DNA of 64,000 nucleotides, taken from NCBI GenBank assembly GCA_965243205.1, contig CBDEUK010000002.1:448001-512000 (forward strand), given 5' to 3'. The translations under genes and the position numbers were made by a program. The notes under the pieces were generated by a model. The model was given only the letters and a program-made list of their open reading frames with translations. It ran no database searches and was not told where the DNA came from. The DNA comes from Gammaproteobacteria bacterium. GTDB lineage: Bacteria > Pseudomonadota > Gammaproteobacteria > Eutrophobiales > Eutrophobiaceae. Each line of letters opens with the position of its first letter. Positions within the stretch are counted from its first letter, which is position 1. Shown here piece after piece: positions 1 through 9,924 of the stretch.

Positions 1-266
1 TGATAGATCGAACCGATGCCACTCGCCAATAAGCGTTTCATAGGAAATTCAGGTGAACTATGTAAAAACCATTTATGCTCAGGATGAGAACGTGTCGCTA
101 ATTCAAGATTAATAATGTTTGGGTCTGTATTAGATGCAGAAGATAAATAAGGCGTTTCAATTTCTAAAACGCCTTTTTTCGACATGAAATCACGTAGGGT
201 TTTTAATAATTCTGCTCGAGCAGTAATAACATCAATTGATAAAGATGTTTTACCAGGATTGGTCAT
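1..266 (-). CDS. epmA: EF-P lysine aminoacylase EpmA (GenX/PoxA), 5' part; runs off the window start
   Basis: Manual translation from ATG at 266: MTNPGK...RAELLKTLRDFMSKKGVLEIETP...WFLHSSPEFPMKRLLASG. The LHSSPEFPMKRLL motif is typical of EpmA, and the gene directly follows efp. Not in the ORF track. Confidence 0.93.
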   Translation of the reverse strand, partial: MTNPGKTSLSIDVITARAELLKTLRDFMSKKGVLEIETPYLSSASNTDPNIINLELATRSHPEHKWFLHSSPEFPMKRLLASGIGSIY

Positions 267-269
267 TAT

Positions 270-839
270 TTAGTCTTTTTGTCGACCTACATATTCACCC
301 GTTCGAGTATCAATTTTTAACACTTCGCCTTGTTCCATATATAAAGGCACTTTAACTACTGCTCCTGTTTCAAGAGTAGCGGGTTTGGTACCACCCGATG
401 CTGTATCGCCTTTCACTCCAGGATCGGTTTCTGTGACTTCCAGGAATACAAAGTTTGGCGGGATCACTGAGATGGGATTATCGTTCCAAAGTGTAACTTC
501 ACAGGTCTCTTCGCCTTTGATCCATTTTGCTGCATCACCAACAGCTGACTCTGAGGTCTCATATTGTTCATATGAATCAGGATTCATGAAATGCCAGACT
601 TCGCCATCGCTGTATAAATATTGAAGTTTTACATCCATAACATCCGCCGCTTCGACACTCTCACCAGATTTATAAGTGCGTTCGATGACACGCCCCGTTT
701 TTAAATTACGGATTTTTACTCGGTTAAAAGCCTGGCCTTTGCCCGGTTTTACAAATTCATTTTCTATAATCGAACATGGATCGTTATCGATCATAATTTT
801 CAAACCGCTTTTAAATTCATTGGTACTATAAGACGCCAT
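270..839 (-). CDS. efp: Translation elongation factor P
   Basis: VKPGKGQAF loop with the modifiable Lys and PGVKGDT motif; flanked by epmA and epmB. Confidence 0.98.
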   Translation of the reverse strand: MASYSTNEFKSGLKIMIDNDPCSIIENEFVKPGKGQAFNRVKIRNLKTGRVIERTYKSGESVEAADVMDVKLQYLYSDGEVWHFMNPDSYEQYETSESAVGDAAKWIKGEETCEVTLWNDNPISVIPPNFVFLEVTETDPGVKGDTASGGTKPATLETGAVVKVPLYMEQGEVLKIDTRTGEYVGRQKD

Positions 840-917
840 GAGTTCCTCAATCTATTTATTACTTAACGTTTGCGAAAAAACGCCTATCATACCTGATTCG
901 AATAGGAATGCAGCATT

Positions 918-1889
918 ATGAACTGGCAAAAACAACTACAAAAGGCAATAAAAGAACCTGAAGAATTACTTAATCAGCTTGAATTAAATAAACAGTCCGT
1001 GCAAATCTCTGAGAAAGCTCAAAATATATTTAACTTACTCGCTACTAATTCCTATTTATCGAATATCCAAACAGGTAATATTGATGATCCGTTACTGAAA
1101 CAAATCCTACCTGTTATTGAAGAAGAACAAGAATCGTATGACTTTATAGAAGATCCGGTTAGTGATATCAACGCTCAAAAAACACCTGGTCTATTACATA
1201 AATATCACGGCAGAATCTTATTAATTCTAACAGGTGCTTGCCCTATCCATTGCCGATATTGTTTCCGACGTCATTATCCATACTCTGATAATAGTATTTC
1301 TCCTAAAGAACTATCAAAAGCACTCGATTATATCCAGCATAATACCGATATTACGGAAGTCATTTTAAGTGGTGGCGATCCTTTAATTTTAACCGATGAA
1401 AAATTATCAGAATTAATAAAAAAACTTGAAAACATAAAACATTTAAAACGGTTACGAATTCATACCCGCACTCCAATTGTATTACCAGAAAGAATTCTCG
1501 AAAGTAATTTAGAGTGGTTAAGTAATAGGCGATTAAAAACCACAGTAGTTCTTCACTGTAATCATAAAAATGAAATAAGTGATAATGTAAAATTAGCTAT
1601 TAAAAAATTAAAAACTTTCGACCTTTTATTATTAAATCAATCGGTTTTATTAAAAGGTGTAAATGATAATGTTGATTGCTTAGCAGAATTATCAGAAGAG
1701 TTATTTACTCAAGGAGTTCAACCTTATTACTTACATCAACTTGATCGAGTGAAAGGTGCCATGCACTTTGAAGTCGATATTAAGACTGCAAAGGAAATTC
1801 TTTCGAAACTTAGAGCAAGGCTGCCAGGATATTTAGTGCCAACCTTAGTTAAAGAACAAGCCGGTTATCAATCTAAGACTCCATTATAA
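918..1889 (+). CDS. epmB: EF-P beta-lysylation protein EpmB (lysine 2,3-aminomutase-like radical SAM)
   Basis: CPIHCRYCFRR radical SAM motif, ILSGGDPL, YYLHQLD; divergent from efp. Confidence 0.95.
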   Translation: MNWQKQLQKAIKEPEELLNQLELNKQSVQISEKAQNIFNLLATNSYLSNIQTGNIDDPLLKQILPVIEEEQESYDFIEDPVSDINAQKTPGLLHKYHGRILLILTGACPIHCRYCFRRHYPYSDNSISPKELSKALDYIQHNTDITEVILSGGDPLILTDEKLSELIKKLENIKHLKRLRIHTRTPIVLPERILESNLEWLSNRRLKTTVVLHCNHKNEISDNVKLAIKKLKTFDLLLLNQSVLLKGVNDNVDCLAELSEELFTQGVQPYYLHQLDRVKGAMHFEVDIKTAKEILSKLRARLPGYLVPTLVKEQAGYQSKTPL

Positions 1890-1894
1890 AATAT

Positions 1895-1925
1895 AAAAAA
1901 AGCCCAATAAAATATTGGGCCTTTT
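1895..1925. terminator. Bidirectional intrinsic terminator
   Basis: A-tract, GCCCAATA/TATTGGGC inverted repeat, then T-tract, between convergent genes. Confidence 0.75.
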
Positions 1926-1944
1926 ACTATAGATAAAACAATTA

Positions 1945-2619
1945 CTAAAAATTATATCCTAATGTTCCCATGGTTCTGAAATTATCAAACACTACCTCTG
2001 CATCAAATAGGTCAACATCAGTGTAGAAGTATGATGCGTTAAAACCAAAGTAAACATTATTTGTCACATCATAATCAAAACCAATAAATGCTTGTGCAGC
2101 TAGATTACTATCACCATCTTCGGCTGTTCCTAAACCGGTAAAAGTTGATCCTCCTACGGTAACCGCAGCCGTTGCACTAATATCTGCATCTACATTTGCA
2201 ATACCAAGCCCACCACCTATATAAGGATGAAATTTGCTGTTATTCATCAATTTGCCTTGATTATCTCTAATCATAATATTTGCCATAACTGCATCTATTT
2301 CATGTTCAATATTAAGATTACCTGCCAGAGTTGCATCACCAAATGTACCTCCAACAGATTCTTCATAATCCGCTCCTTTAGTGTGATGGTAAGTTAGACC
2401 CACTGATATTATTGGTGTTATTACTTCATCCTGCCAAATACCTCCACCGATAATCAGTCCTGTATCAGGGTCAATATCATCTGATACACCTGAAAATGAA
2501 ATTTCAGTACCACCAAATGATCCACCTGCTTGGATTTCAGCTCTAAAATGACTTTCTTCTTGTGCCTGAGAAGCTACAGTCCCCATGATAAAAAACGTGA
2601 ATAGCACTTTTTTTAGCAT
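1945..2619 (-). CDS. Outer membrane beta-barrel protein (OmpA-like/Opa-like 8-stranded barrel)
   Basis: Signal peptide, HPYIGGGLG and AAQAFIGFDY strands, C-terminal LGYNF Bam signal. Confidence 0.8.
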   Translation of the reverse strand: MLKKVLFTFFIMGTVASQAQEESHFRAEIQAGGSFGGTEISFSGVSDDIDPDTGLIIGGGIWQDEVITPIISVGLTYHHTKGADYEESVGGTFGDATLAGNLNIEHEIDAVMANIMIRDNQGKLMNNSKFHPYIGGGLGIANVDADISATAAVTVGGSTFTGLGTAEDGDSNLAAQAFIGFDYDVTNNVYFGFNASYFYTDVDLFDAEVVFDNFRTMGTLGYNF

Positions 2620-2808
2620 CCTATTTTCTCCCTCTCATCTTAAAGTTAATTATTAAAAGTAAATTATAAATATAAACTCTTAAATGTCTATTTTTTATTA
2701 ATTTTTTATGAAAATTTCCTATATTACTTTTATGAGATTCGACTGAAGATATAGGAATGGACAATATGAAATAGCTAAATAGAGTTAGCCTTTATGGATA
2801 AAAACAAC

Positions 2809-2835
2809 TAAAGAATTTTAGAAAACGGTCGTTAA
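2809..2835 (+). promoter_or_regulatory. Putative sigma28 (FliA) promoter
   Basis: TAAA-N15-GTCGTTAA against consensus TAAA-N15-GCCGATAA; predicted +1 (~2842) falls at the foot of the following hairpin. Confidence 0.55.
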
Positions 2836-2842
2836 ATGAATT

Positions 2843-2925
2843 ATCAGTGCGGATTTTCCTCCTTCCCCCTACGTATCCGAACTGAGATTTAAACTAATAG
2901 CCAGGTGATGAACCTGGCTTTTTTT
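2843..2925 (+). ncRNA. Candidate sRNA with a C-rich anti-SD loop and intrinsic terminator
   Basis: Stem TCAGT-G-CGGAT/ATCCG-A-ACTGA with loop TTTCCTCCTTCCCCCTACGT, then an AGCCAGGT/ACCTGGCT hairpin and T-run on the + strand where no ORF exists. Confidence 0.6.
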
Positions 2926-5197
2926 ATTCTTCTTGATCAGACTCAACTAAAATAGGCTTCATAAAAGCAACATTGCGAAATCCCCTCGGTAACATGCTGC
3001 CTCTACGACCACGTTCACTTACGTAGTGCTCTAAATCTGTTGGTTTTAAAGTTAATGTACGTTGACCCGAAGTGATTTCAATCGAGGCGTCTTCAGGATA
3101 AGCACATACTGCAGCCATGTATTCTTCTCGATTTTTGAGTTTATCGGTTGGGATTTGCATGATCTTATTGCCTTTACCTTTAGCTAACATCGGTAACTCT
3201 TCGACAGGAAATGTCATGAATCTCCCAGTTGAACTGACTGCCGCTATCCAATCATTTTCAGCATCTCTCACTAATGATGGCCTTAGCACTTTTGATGATT
3301 TAGGAACGCTGATAACTGCTTTACCATTTTTATTTTTAGTGAATAACGGCTCTAGATTACTCATAAACCCATAACCAGAATCAGTTGCTAGTAAATAAAT
3401 ATCTTCGTTCTCCCCCATCATTAGACCTTCAAAGGTTGCGCCATCGGGGGGATTTAAACGACTAGAAGCAGCTTCACCCAGACTTCGAGCAGAAGGCAAA
3501 CTATGTGCAGGTAAAGAATAGCAACGTCCACTTGAATCTAATAACATGGCTTGTTGATTACTCTTACCTTGAGCGGCCTGATTAAAACCATCGCCTGCTT
3601 TATAGTTAATGGATTCAGGATCAATATCATGGCCTTTAGCTGCACGGATCCAGCCTTTTTTAGATAAGATAACCGTAACACTTTCAGTTGGAATTAACGC
3701 TTTTTCATCGATTGCCTTAGCTTCTTCACGTTCTACCAATTTTGAACGTCTCTCATCACCAAAAGTTTCGGCATCAGCCAACAATTCTTTTTTAATTAAA
3801 GTTTTTAATCGTTGTTTAGAAGCAAGAATTTGTTGAAGCGAGTCACGTTCATTACTTAATTCATCCAACTCCCCTTTGATTTTCATTTCTTCAAGCTTGG
3901 CTAGCTTTCGAAGTTTTAATTCCAATACAGCTTCAGCTTGTTTATCACTTAGTTTGAAGCGTTTCATTAAAACTGGTTTCGGTTTATCTTCTTCACGAAT
4001 GATAGCGATCACTTCATCGATATTCAGATACGCAATCATCAAACCTTCTAAAATATGAATCTTGTCGAGTATTTTATCGAGTTGAAATTGCAAACGTTTG
4101 GTAACGGTTTCAGTTCGATAGGTTAACCATTCTTTTAAAATAATTTGCAAGTTTTTAACTTGAGGTCGACCGTTTAAACCAATCATATTCAAGTTAACTC
4201 GATAATTTTTTTCTAAGTCCGTCGTAGCAAATAAATGTGACATTAACGCTTCGAAATCAATTCGATTGGAACGAGGAACTAGAATAATTCGCGTAGGATT
4301 TTCATGATCCGATTCATCACGGATATCATCTAACATAGGAAGTTTTTTCGCCTGCATTTGTGCAGCAACTTGTTCTTGAATACGACTACCAGAACTTTGA
4401 TACGGCAATGCTGTAATCACTATGTTGCCGTTTTCTTTTTCCCACGTTGCACGCATTTTGATACTGCCATTTCCCGTTTCGTACAATTCTTGAATATCGG
4501 TAGCAGGGGTAATAATTTCTGCATTGGTTGGGAAATCAGGACCTTTAACATGCGTTAACAAATCTTTAACTGTGGCTTTTGGTGAATCCAATAAATGAAT
4601 ACACGCTGAAACAATTTCATTGAGATTATGCGGTGGGATATCTGTTGCCATACCAACTGCAATACCTGTTGTGCCATTTAATAAAACATTAGGTAAACGT
4701 GCTGGAAGTAATTTAGGTTCGTCTAAGGTTCCATCAAAATTAGGTTGCCACTCAACGGTACCTTGTTCGGTTTCACTGAGTAAAATATCGGAATATGCAG
4801 TCAGCTTAGATTCGGTGTATCTCATCGCTGCAAACGATTTTGGGTCATCCATCGAACCCCAGTTTCCTTGTCCATCTACTAACGGATAACGATACGAAAA
4901 CTCTTGAGCCATGTGCACCATTGCGTCATAACAAGCTGAGTCACCGTGTGGATGAAACTTGCCAATCACATCGCCTACGGTTCGCGCAGATTTTTTGTAT
5001 TTAGCTGTGGATTTAAGACCTAGCTCTGACATAGCGTAAACAATTCGCCTTTGTACTGGTTTTAAACCATCAGAGATATGAGGCAAAGCTCTGTCGAGAA
5101 TAACGTACATGGAATAATCCAAGTATGCTTGTTCGGTAAATTCGTTTAATGGACGTTGCTCTATCTGCTCAAAGTCCAAGCTCATGTTATCACTCAT
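2924..5197 (-). CDS. parC: DNA topoisomerase IV subunit A
   Basis: [26 protein letters not shown] catalytic Tyr; 757 aa; downstream of parE. Confidence 0.97.
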   Translation of the reverse strand: MSDNMSLDFEQIEQRPLNEFTEQAYLDYSMYVILDRALPHISDGLKPVQRRIVYAMSELGLKSTAKYKKSARTVGDVIGKFHPHGDSACYDAMVHMAQEFSYRYPLVDGQGNWGSMDDPKSFAAMRYTESKLTAYSDILLSETEQGTVEWQPNFDGTLDEPKLLPARLPNVLLNGTTGIAVGMATDIPPHNLNEIVSACIHLLDSPKATVKDLLTHVKGPDFPTNAEIITPATDIQELYETGNGSIKMRATWEKENGNIVITALPYQSSGSRIQEQVAAQMQAKKLPMLDDIRDESDHENPTRIILVPRSNRIDFEALMSHLFATTDLEKNYRVNLNMIGLNGRPQVKNLQIILKEWLTYRTETVTKRLQFQLDKILDKIHILEGLMIAYLNIDEVIAIIREEDKPKPVLMKRFKLSDKQAEAVLELKLRKLAKLEEMKIKGELDELSNERDSLQQILASKQRLKTLIKKELLADAETFGDERRSKLVEREEAKAIDEKALIPTESVTVILSKKGWIRAAKGHDIDPESINYKAGDGFNQAAQGKSNQQAMLLDSSGRCYSLPAHSLPSARSLGEAASSRLNPPDGATFEGLMMGENEDIYLLATDSGYGFMSNLEPLFTKNKNGKAVISVPKSSKVLRPSLVRDAENDWIAAVSSTGRFMTFPVEELPMLAKGKGNKIMQIPTDKLKNREEYMAAVCAYPEDASIEITSGQRTLTLKPTDLEHYVSERGRRGSMLPRGFRNVAFMKPILVESDQEE

Positions 5198-5224
5198 AAT
5201 TTTGTTATTTCACTGTATCTATTA

Positions 5225-5343
5225 TGTCTCTTAGAAAAGACAAAAAAACATTTTTAAGTTGAATATTCTCAATAATTAACTTTACATTATTTAATTAAAA
5301 TATTGATATTTAAATAATTTTATAAGCTGGCACTTGCGTTGCT
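5225..5343 (+). promoter_or_regulatory. sigma54 promoter with IHF site and enhancer-like palindrome
   Basis: TGGCAC-N5-TTGC at 5328-5342 (perfect -24/-12); IHF consensus YAANNNNTTGATW (TAAAATATTGATA) at 5296-5308; TGTC-N10-GACA at 5225-5242. Confidence 0.75.
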
Positions 5344-5353
5344 ATGATTTAAT

Positions 5354-5470
5354 TAAGCTTAACCTTTCTAAGTGGTTAGAAGGTTAACAACCGAATCAGG
5401 CCGGCTCTCTCTGTTTCTTAGTTAGAGATCACGTCGCAGGCAATATTGACAGGGATTGCTGGCTTGAACC
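5354..5470 (+). ncRNA. Candidate structured sigma54-dependent ncRNA between parE and parC
   Basis: Hairpin TTAACCTTTCTAA/TTAGAAGGTTAA (5359-5387). A 10-bp helix TCAGGCCGGC (5396-5405)/GCTGGCTTGA (5458-5467) pairs fully only on the + strand via two G-U pairs. No ORF. Confidence 0.5.
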
Positions 5471-5481
5471 AATTATCTTAA

Positions 5482-7374
5482 CTATTGCAATGATGCTAAA
5501 TCGCCCTTTGATTCTAACCAAGTTTTCCGATCAGGGGCACGCTTTTTAGCCAGCAACATATCAAGTAAGTCTACGGCTTTTTTTGGTTGTCCTGGCAAGG
5601 TCAATTGCACCAGCTTACGTGTTTCAGGCGCCATCGTAGTTTCACGTAATTGCATAGGGTTCATCTCCCCAAGCCCTTTAAACCGCTGGACGTTGACCTT
5701 GCCCCTCCTCTTTTCAGCACTAATTTGATCAAGAATTCCTTGTTTCTCATCATCGTCTAACGCGTAAAAAACATCTTTGCCAACATCAATACGAAACAAC
5801 GGTGGCATCGCCACATAGACATGTCCATTTTCAACCAATTGTCGGAAATGTCTCAAGAATAATGCACAAAGTAAGGTAGCGATATGCAGACCATCTGAAT
5901 CAGCATCCGCCAAAATACAAATCTTCCCATAACGCAATCCAGAAATATCCGCAGAACCTGGATCAACACCAATCGCCACAGCAATATCATGTACTTCTTT
6001 CGATGACAGTACTTGAGTTGAATCTACTTCCCAAGTATTTAAGATCTTACCTCTCAAAGGCATGACTGCTTGGAAATCCCGATCACGAGCTTGTTTAGCA
6101 GAACCACCCGCGGAATCACCTTCCACTAAAAATAATTCAGTGACTGTTAAATCTTGCATAGTGCAATCTGTTAACTTACCGGGTAACGCAGGTCCTCCAG
6201 TAACTTTTTTACGAACAACTTGTTTATTCGCTTTGAGTCTTCTTTGTGCAGATTGGATCGCAAGTTCTGCAACACGTTCTCCCATTTCAATATGTTGATG
6301 TAGCCATTGGCTAAACGAATCTTTAACAACACCTGAAACAAATGCAGCGCATTCTCGTGATGACAAACGTTCTTTTGTTTGACCCGCAAACTGTGGATCG
6401 TCTAATTTGACTGATAATAGATAGCTACAGCGATCCCAAACATCATCTGCGGTAAGCTTTACACCTCGTGGTAATAAGTTTCTGGCTTCGCAAAAATCTC
6501 TTAGCGCTTCCAATAAACCTTGTCTCAGACCATTAACATGGGTCCCACCTTGAGCAGTCGGAACTAGATTCACGTAACTTTCGGTAATTAAATCACCTTC
6601 TTCTGGTAACCAATGGATTGCCCATTCAACCGCTTCATGTTCAGCTTCCATATTGCCGAGAAACGGCTCAGGAGGAAGCAATTCAACACCTTCTAAACTC
6701 TCAGCTAAATAACTTTTTATACCATCTTCATAGAACCATTCGGTTTTATCTTTAGATTTTTCTTCAGTTAGCTTAATTGTTAAACCAGGAGCTAAAACAG
6801 CCTTCGCGCGTAATAAATGTTTTAGTTTGGCAATGGCTAAATTCGGTGATTCAAAGTATTTTTCGTTTGGCCAGAATCTCACAGAGGTTCCAGTATTACG
6901 TTTTCCAACGTCACCAATGACTTTTAAATCTTTGGTTTTATCGCCGTTAGCAAATGCGATTAAATATTCTTTACCTTCACGTTTAATTGTGACTTCTAGT
7001 TTTTTTGACAAGGCATTAACAACGGAGACACCCACACCATGTAAACCACCTGAAAACTTATAATTTTTATTCGAGAATTTACCTCCTGCATGCAGCTTAG
7101 TCAGAATCACTTCAACTCCAGAAATCTTTTGTTCCGGATGAATATCGACTGGCATCCCACGTCCGTCATCAGTGACGGTAACGGATTGGTCTTTGTGCAG
7201 AATCACCTCGATCGTTTTAGCATGGCCAGAAATGGCTTCATCCACACTATTATCAACGACTTCTTGGACTAGGTGATTGGGTCTGGTGGTATCAGTATAC
7301 ATGCCCGGTCGTTTGCGAACCGGTTCCAATCCCGTTAAAACTTCAATATCGGAAGCAGCGTAATCTTTTGCCAA
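5482..7374 (-). CDS. parE: DNA topoisomerase IV subunit B
   Basis: EVVDNSVDE, LHAGGKF, EGDSAGGS, DADSDG TOPRIM and RFKGLGEM motifs; 630 aa; TTG start. Confidence 0.97.
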   Translation of the reverse strand: MAKDYAASDIEVLTGLEPVRKRPGMYTDTTRPNHLVQEVVDNSVDEAISGHAKTIEVILHKDQSVTVTDDGRGMPVDIHPEQKISGVEVILTKLHAGGKFSNKNYKFSGGLHGVGVSVVNALSKKLEVTIKREGKEYLIAFANGDKTKDLKVIGDVGKRNTGTSVRFWPNEKYFESPNLAIAKLKHLLRAKAVLAPGLTIKLTEEKSKDKTEWFYEDGIKSYLAESLEGVELLPPEPFLGNMEAEHEAVEWAIHWLPEEGDLITESYVNLVPTAQGGTHVNGLRQGLLEALRDFCEARNLLPRGVKLTADDVWDRCSYLLSVKLDDPQFAGQTKERLSSRECAAFVSGVVKDSFSQWLHQHIEMGERVAELAIQSAQRRLKANKQVVRKKVTGGPALPGKLTDCTMQDLTVTELFLVEGDSAGGSAKQARDRDFQAVMPLRGKILNTWEVDSTQVLSSKEVHDIAVAIGVDPGSADISGLRYGKICILADADSDGLHIATLLCALFLRHFRQLVENGHVYVAMPPLFRIDVGKDVFYALDDDEKQGILDQISAEKRRGKVNVQRFKGLGEMNPMQLRETTMAPETRKLVQLTLPGQPKKAVDLLDMLLAKKRAPDRKTWLESKGDLASLQ

Positions 7375-7607
7375 GGAATAACCTCTTATTTATTCTTTAC
7401 TATGAAATAGCAGATGGTGTGCCCTAAAGGATGTCGATGATAAAACGTGGCGCTGCAATTGAACAGAGGCAATGTTATGCTTTTAAATTAATTTATCATT
7501 GAATCTTTATCAGAAAACTTGCATAAATTGTCGCAATCCCTATGCTGTGCGCTCTTTTTGAATAGTTAATGAAAACACGAACGTATTGCTAATCTGGAGA
7601 TATAACA

Positions 7608-7859
7608 TTGGCCAGAAAAAAATCTTCCAATCAATTTGAAGACTCACTGAATAAATTGGAGTCCATAGTAAAAAAAATGGAATCTGGTGATTTAACGTTA
7701 GAAGAATCTATTCAACAGTTTGAAGAAGGCATTGCATTGAGTCAAAGCTGCCAAAAAACCTTAGACGAAGCCGAACAGAAAATAAAAATCCTGATGCAAA
7801 AAAATGGTGACAATGAGTTAGTCGATTTTGATGATGATCAGGAGCAAGATGAAATTTAA
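7608..7859 (+). CDS. xseB: Exodeoxyribonuclease VII small subunit
   Basis: FEDSLNKLESIVKKMESGDLTLEESIQQFEEG pattern; precedes ispA. Confidence 0.95.
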   Translation: MARKKSSNQFEDSLNKLESIVKKMESGDLTLEESIQQFEEGIALSQSCQKTLDEAEQKIKILMQKNGDNELVDFDDDQEQDEI

Positions 7860-7861
7860 AT

Positions 7862-8752
7862 ATGGAATTAAAACAGCAACTAGAACAATACCAACAAGCC
7901 GTTGAACAAGCCCTTGACGATTGGCTACCAGCAAAAGAATTAAAACCTACGAATTTGCACAGCGCCATGCGCTATTCTGTGTTAAGTGAAGGTAAACGCA
8001 TCAGACCTGTTCTGGCCTATGCCGCAGGAGAGTCTTTAGGAATAGCTATTGAAAACTTAAATGGGCCTGCCTGTGCTGTGGAAATGATTCATGCTTACTC
8101 ATTAATCCATGATGATTTACCTGCAATGGATGACGATGACTTACGGCGTGGACGACCGACTTGTCATAAAGCGTATGATGAAGCGACTGCTATTCTAGCT
8201 GGAGACGCCTTACAAGCTTTGGCTTTCCATGTTTTAGCAAAAGACCAAAACATTCTTGTTGGACCTGAACAACGTTTAAAAATGATCAATGTATTGGCTA
8301 TTGCTAGTGGTTCAATCGGCATGGCGGGTGGTCAAGGTATCGACTTGGATTCAGTGGGTAAATCGCTCACCTTAGAAGAATTACAAGATATGCATTCGCG
8401 TAAAACCGGCGCTCTTATCCATGCAAGTGTGGAATTAGGTGCTTTATCGTCAAACGATGTCCAGAACAAACAGCTAGAGCAATTATCAACCTATGCTCAT
8501 AGTATCGGTTTAGCATTTCAAATACAGGACGATATTTTAGATATCGAAAGTGATACAGAAACCCTAGGTAAGCCACAAGGCTCTGATATTGCGAGAAATA
8601 AACCGACTTATCCTAATTTATTAGGCTTGGATGGTGCAAAAAAAGCTGCCAAAGATATGCATCAGCAAGCTCTAGATAGTCTTTCCGAGTTCGATAATAA
8701 AGCCGATACCCTACGTAAAATCGCTGACTATATTGTCCAACGAAATAAATAA
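7862..8752 (+). CDS. ispA: Farnesyl diphosphate synthase
   Basis: GKRIRP, HDDLPAMDDDDLRRG and FQIQDDILD motifs. Confidence 0.96.
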   Translation: MELKQQLEQYQQAVEQALDDWLPAKELKPTNLHSAMRYSVLSEGKRIRPVLAYAAGESLGIAIENLNGPACAVEMIHAYSLIHDDLPAMDDDDLRRGRPTCHKAYDEATAILAGDALQALAFHVLAKDQNILVGPEQRLKMINVLAIASGSIGMAGGQGIDLDSVGKSLTLEELQDMHSRKTGALIHASVELGALSSNDVQNKQLEQLSTYAHSIGLAFQIQDDILDIESDTETLGKPQGSDIARNKPTYPNLLGLDGAKKAAKDMHQQALDSLSEFDNKADTLRKIADYIVQRNK

Positions 8753-8829
8753 AGGATGTTAAGCCCTTGTAATCGGTCTAAAATATCCCATATAAGCACA
8801 GAATAATAATCTTAAGGTAGTAATTAAAA

Positions 8830-9642
8830 ATGAGTCAAAGCGCAGAAAACGTTAGCGAAAGCATACCTGATATTATGAAAAGTCAGGATACTCGCCAGAT
8901 CCCTATTGATCAGGTTGGAGTTAAGGGTATTCGTCATCCGGTAGTCGTTAATGATCGTTCTGGGCGTGAGCAACACACCGTTGCCAACTTCAACATGTAT
9001 GTGGCACTGCCTGCAGATTTCAAAGGCACTCACATGTCACGTTTTTTAGAGCTGTTAAATCAACATGAAGAAGAGATCACAGTTGAGTCATTTCGTACAA
9101 TGCTGAAAGAAATGGGCGATTTATTAGAAGCAAAAAGTGGCACGATTGAAATGGAATTTCCGTATTTCGTAATGAAAAAAGCTCCTGTTTCTGAAGTTAA
9201 AAGCATTATGGATTATGATGTTACCTTCATCGGTCAATTAGAAAACGGCAAGTCTGACGTGCTGGTAAAAGTCGTTGTACCAATAACGTCTCTTTGCCCT
9301 TGTTCTAAAAAGATTTCTGATTATGGTGCGCATAATCAACGCTCTCATGTCACTGTGTGTGTAAAAACCCGTGATTTTGTTTGGATTGAAGAATTAATTG
9401 ATTATGTCGAAAGCATCGCCTCTTGTCAGTTGTATGGCATATTAAAACGGCCAGATGAAAAATACGTTACCGAGCATGCTTATGAAAATCCAAAATTTGT
9501 GGAAGATATCGTGCGTGACGTCGCCATTTTATTCAATGACGACGACCGAATAGCCGCTTACACTGTTTCGTCTGAGAACTTCGAATCGATTCATAATCAT
9601 TCAGCCTACGCCAAAATTAGCAAAGACAAAGATAAGACTTAA
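8830..9642 (+). CDS. folE2: GTP cyclohydrolase IB FolE2
   Basis: [22 protein letters not shown] and ESIHNHSA motifs. Confidence 0.95.
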   Translation: MSQSAENVSESIPDIMKSQDTRQIPIDQVGVKGIRHPVVVNDRSGREQHTVANFNMYVALPADFKGTHMSRFLELLNQHEEEITVESFRTMLKEMGDLLEAKSGTIEMEFPYFVMKKAPVSEVKSIMDYDVTFIGQLENGKSDVLVKVVVPITSLCPCSKKISDYGAHNQRSHVTVCVKTRDFVWIEELIDYVESIASCQLYGILKRPDEKYVTEHAYENPKFVEDIVRDVAILFNDDDRIAAYTVSSENFESIHNHSAYAKISKDKDKT

Positions 9643-9655
9643 TCCATTTCCAATT

Positions 9656-9690
9656 TTAGGACGTCAAAATGCCAATATTTTGCCGTCCTA
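9656..9690. repeat. Imperfect inverted repeat (folE2 terminator or enhancer site)
   Basis: TAGGACGTCAAAAT ... ATTTTGCCGTCCTA; no T-tail; about 95-125 bp upstream of a sigma54 site. Confidence 0.45.
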
Positions 9691-9739
9691 ATCATTTCAA
9701 TTTGTTCTAAACACGCCTTCCCTAAAATTTAAAAAATTA

Positions 9740-9797
9740 TAAACCATTGATTATTAAGCTATAAATTTAATATGATTTTTTTGGCACAGCTTCTGCA
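9740..9797 (+). promoter_or_regulatory. sigma54 promoter with IHF site
   Basis: TTGGCACAGCTTCTGCA (GG-N10-GC, 9781-9797); IHF consensus TAAACCATTGATT at 9740-9752. Confidence 0.75.
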
Positions 9798-9807
9798 GTA
9801 GTGACAG

Positions 9808-9870
9808 CGTAGTTACTTCTCCTCCCCCTTTGTGTGAGTGGGTGCTGTTCATTCAGCACCCTATTTTTTT
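9808..9870 (+). ncRNA. Candidate ~60-nt sigma54-dependent sRNA with anti-SD seed
   Basis: Promoter, then TTCTCCTCCCCCTTT, then a GGGTGCTG/CAGCACCC hairpin and TATTTTTTT; no ORF. Confidence 0.7.
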
Positions 9871-9897
9871 GAACACTTCTCGGCTTTTCTCTTCTAA
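9871..9897 (+). promoter_or_regulatory. Putative sigmaE/ECF promoter
   Basis: GAACAC-N16-TCTAA against consensus GAACTT-N16-TCWRA. Confidence 0.4.
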
Positions 9898-9924
9898 GAA
9901 TTATTCATATAAACTTTGAACACC

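Noticed and set aside
2716-2757. TTCCTATAT/ATATAGGAA inverted repeat upstream of the OMP gene
   Set aside because: AT-rich 9-bp arms with a 24-bp spacer could arise by chance; no second instance found.
7448-7463. TGGCGC-N5-TTGA as a sigma54 promoter for xseB
   Set aside because: Lacks the conserved -12 GC and has no IHF site.
9325-9352. GGTGCGCATAA matches the XerC arm of dif
   Set aside because: No XerD arm follows; the bases encode the conserved GAHNQRS motif of FolE2.
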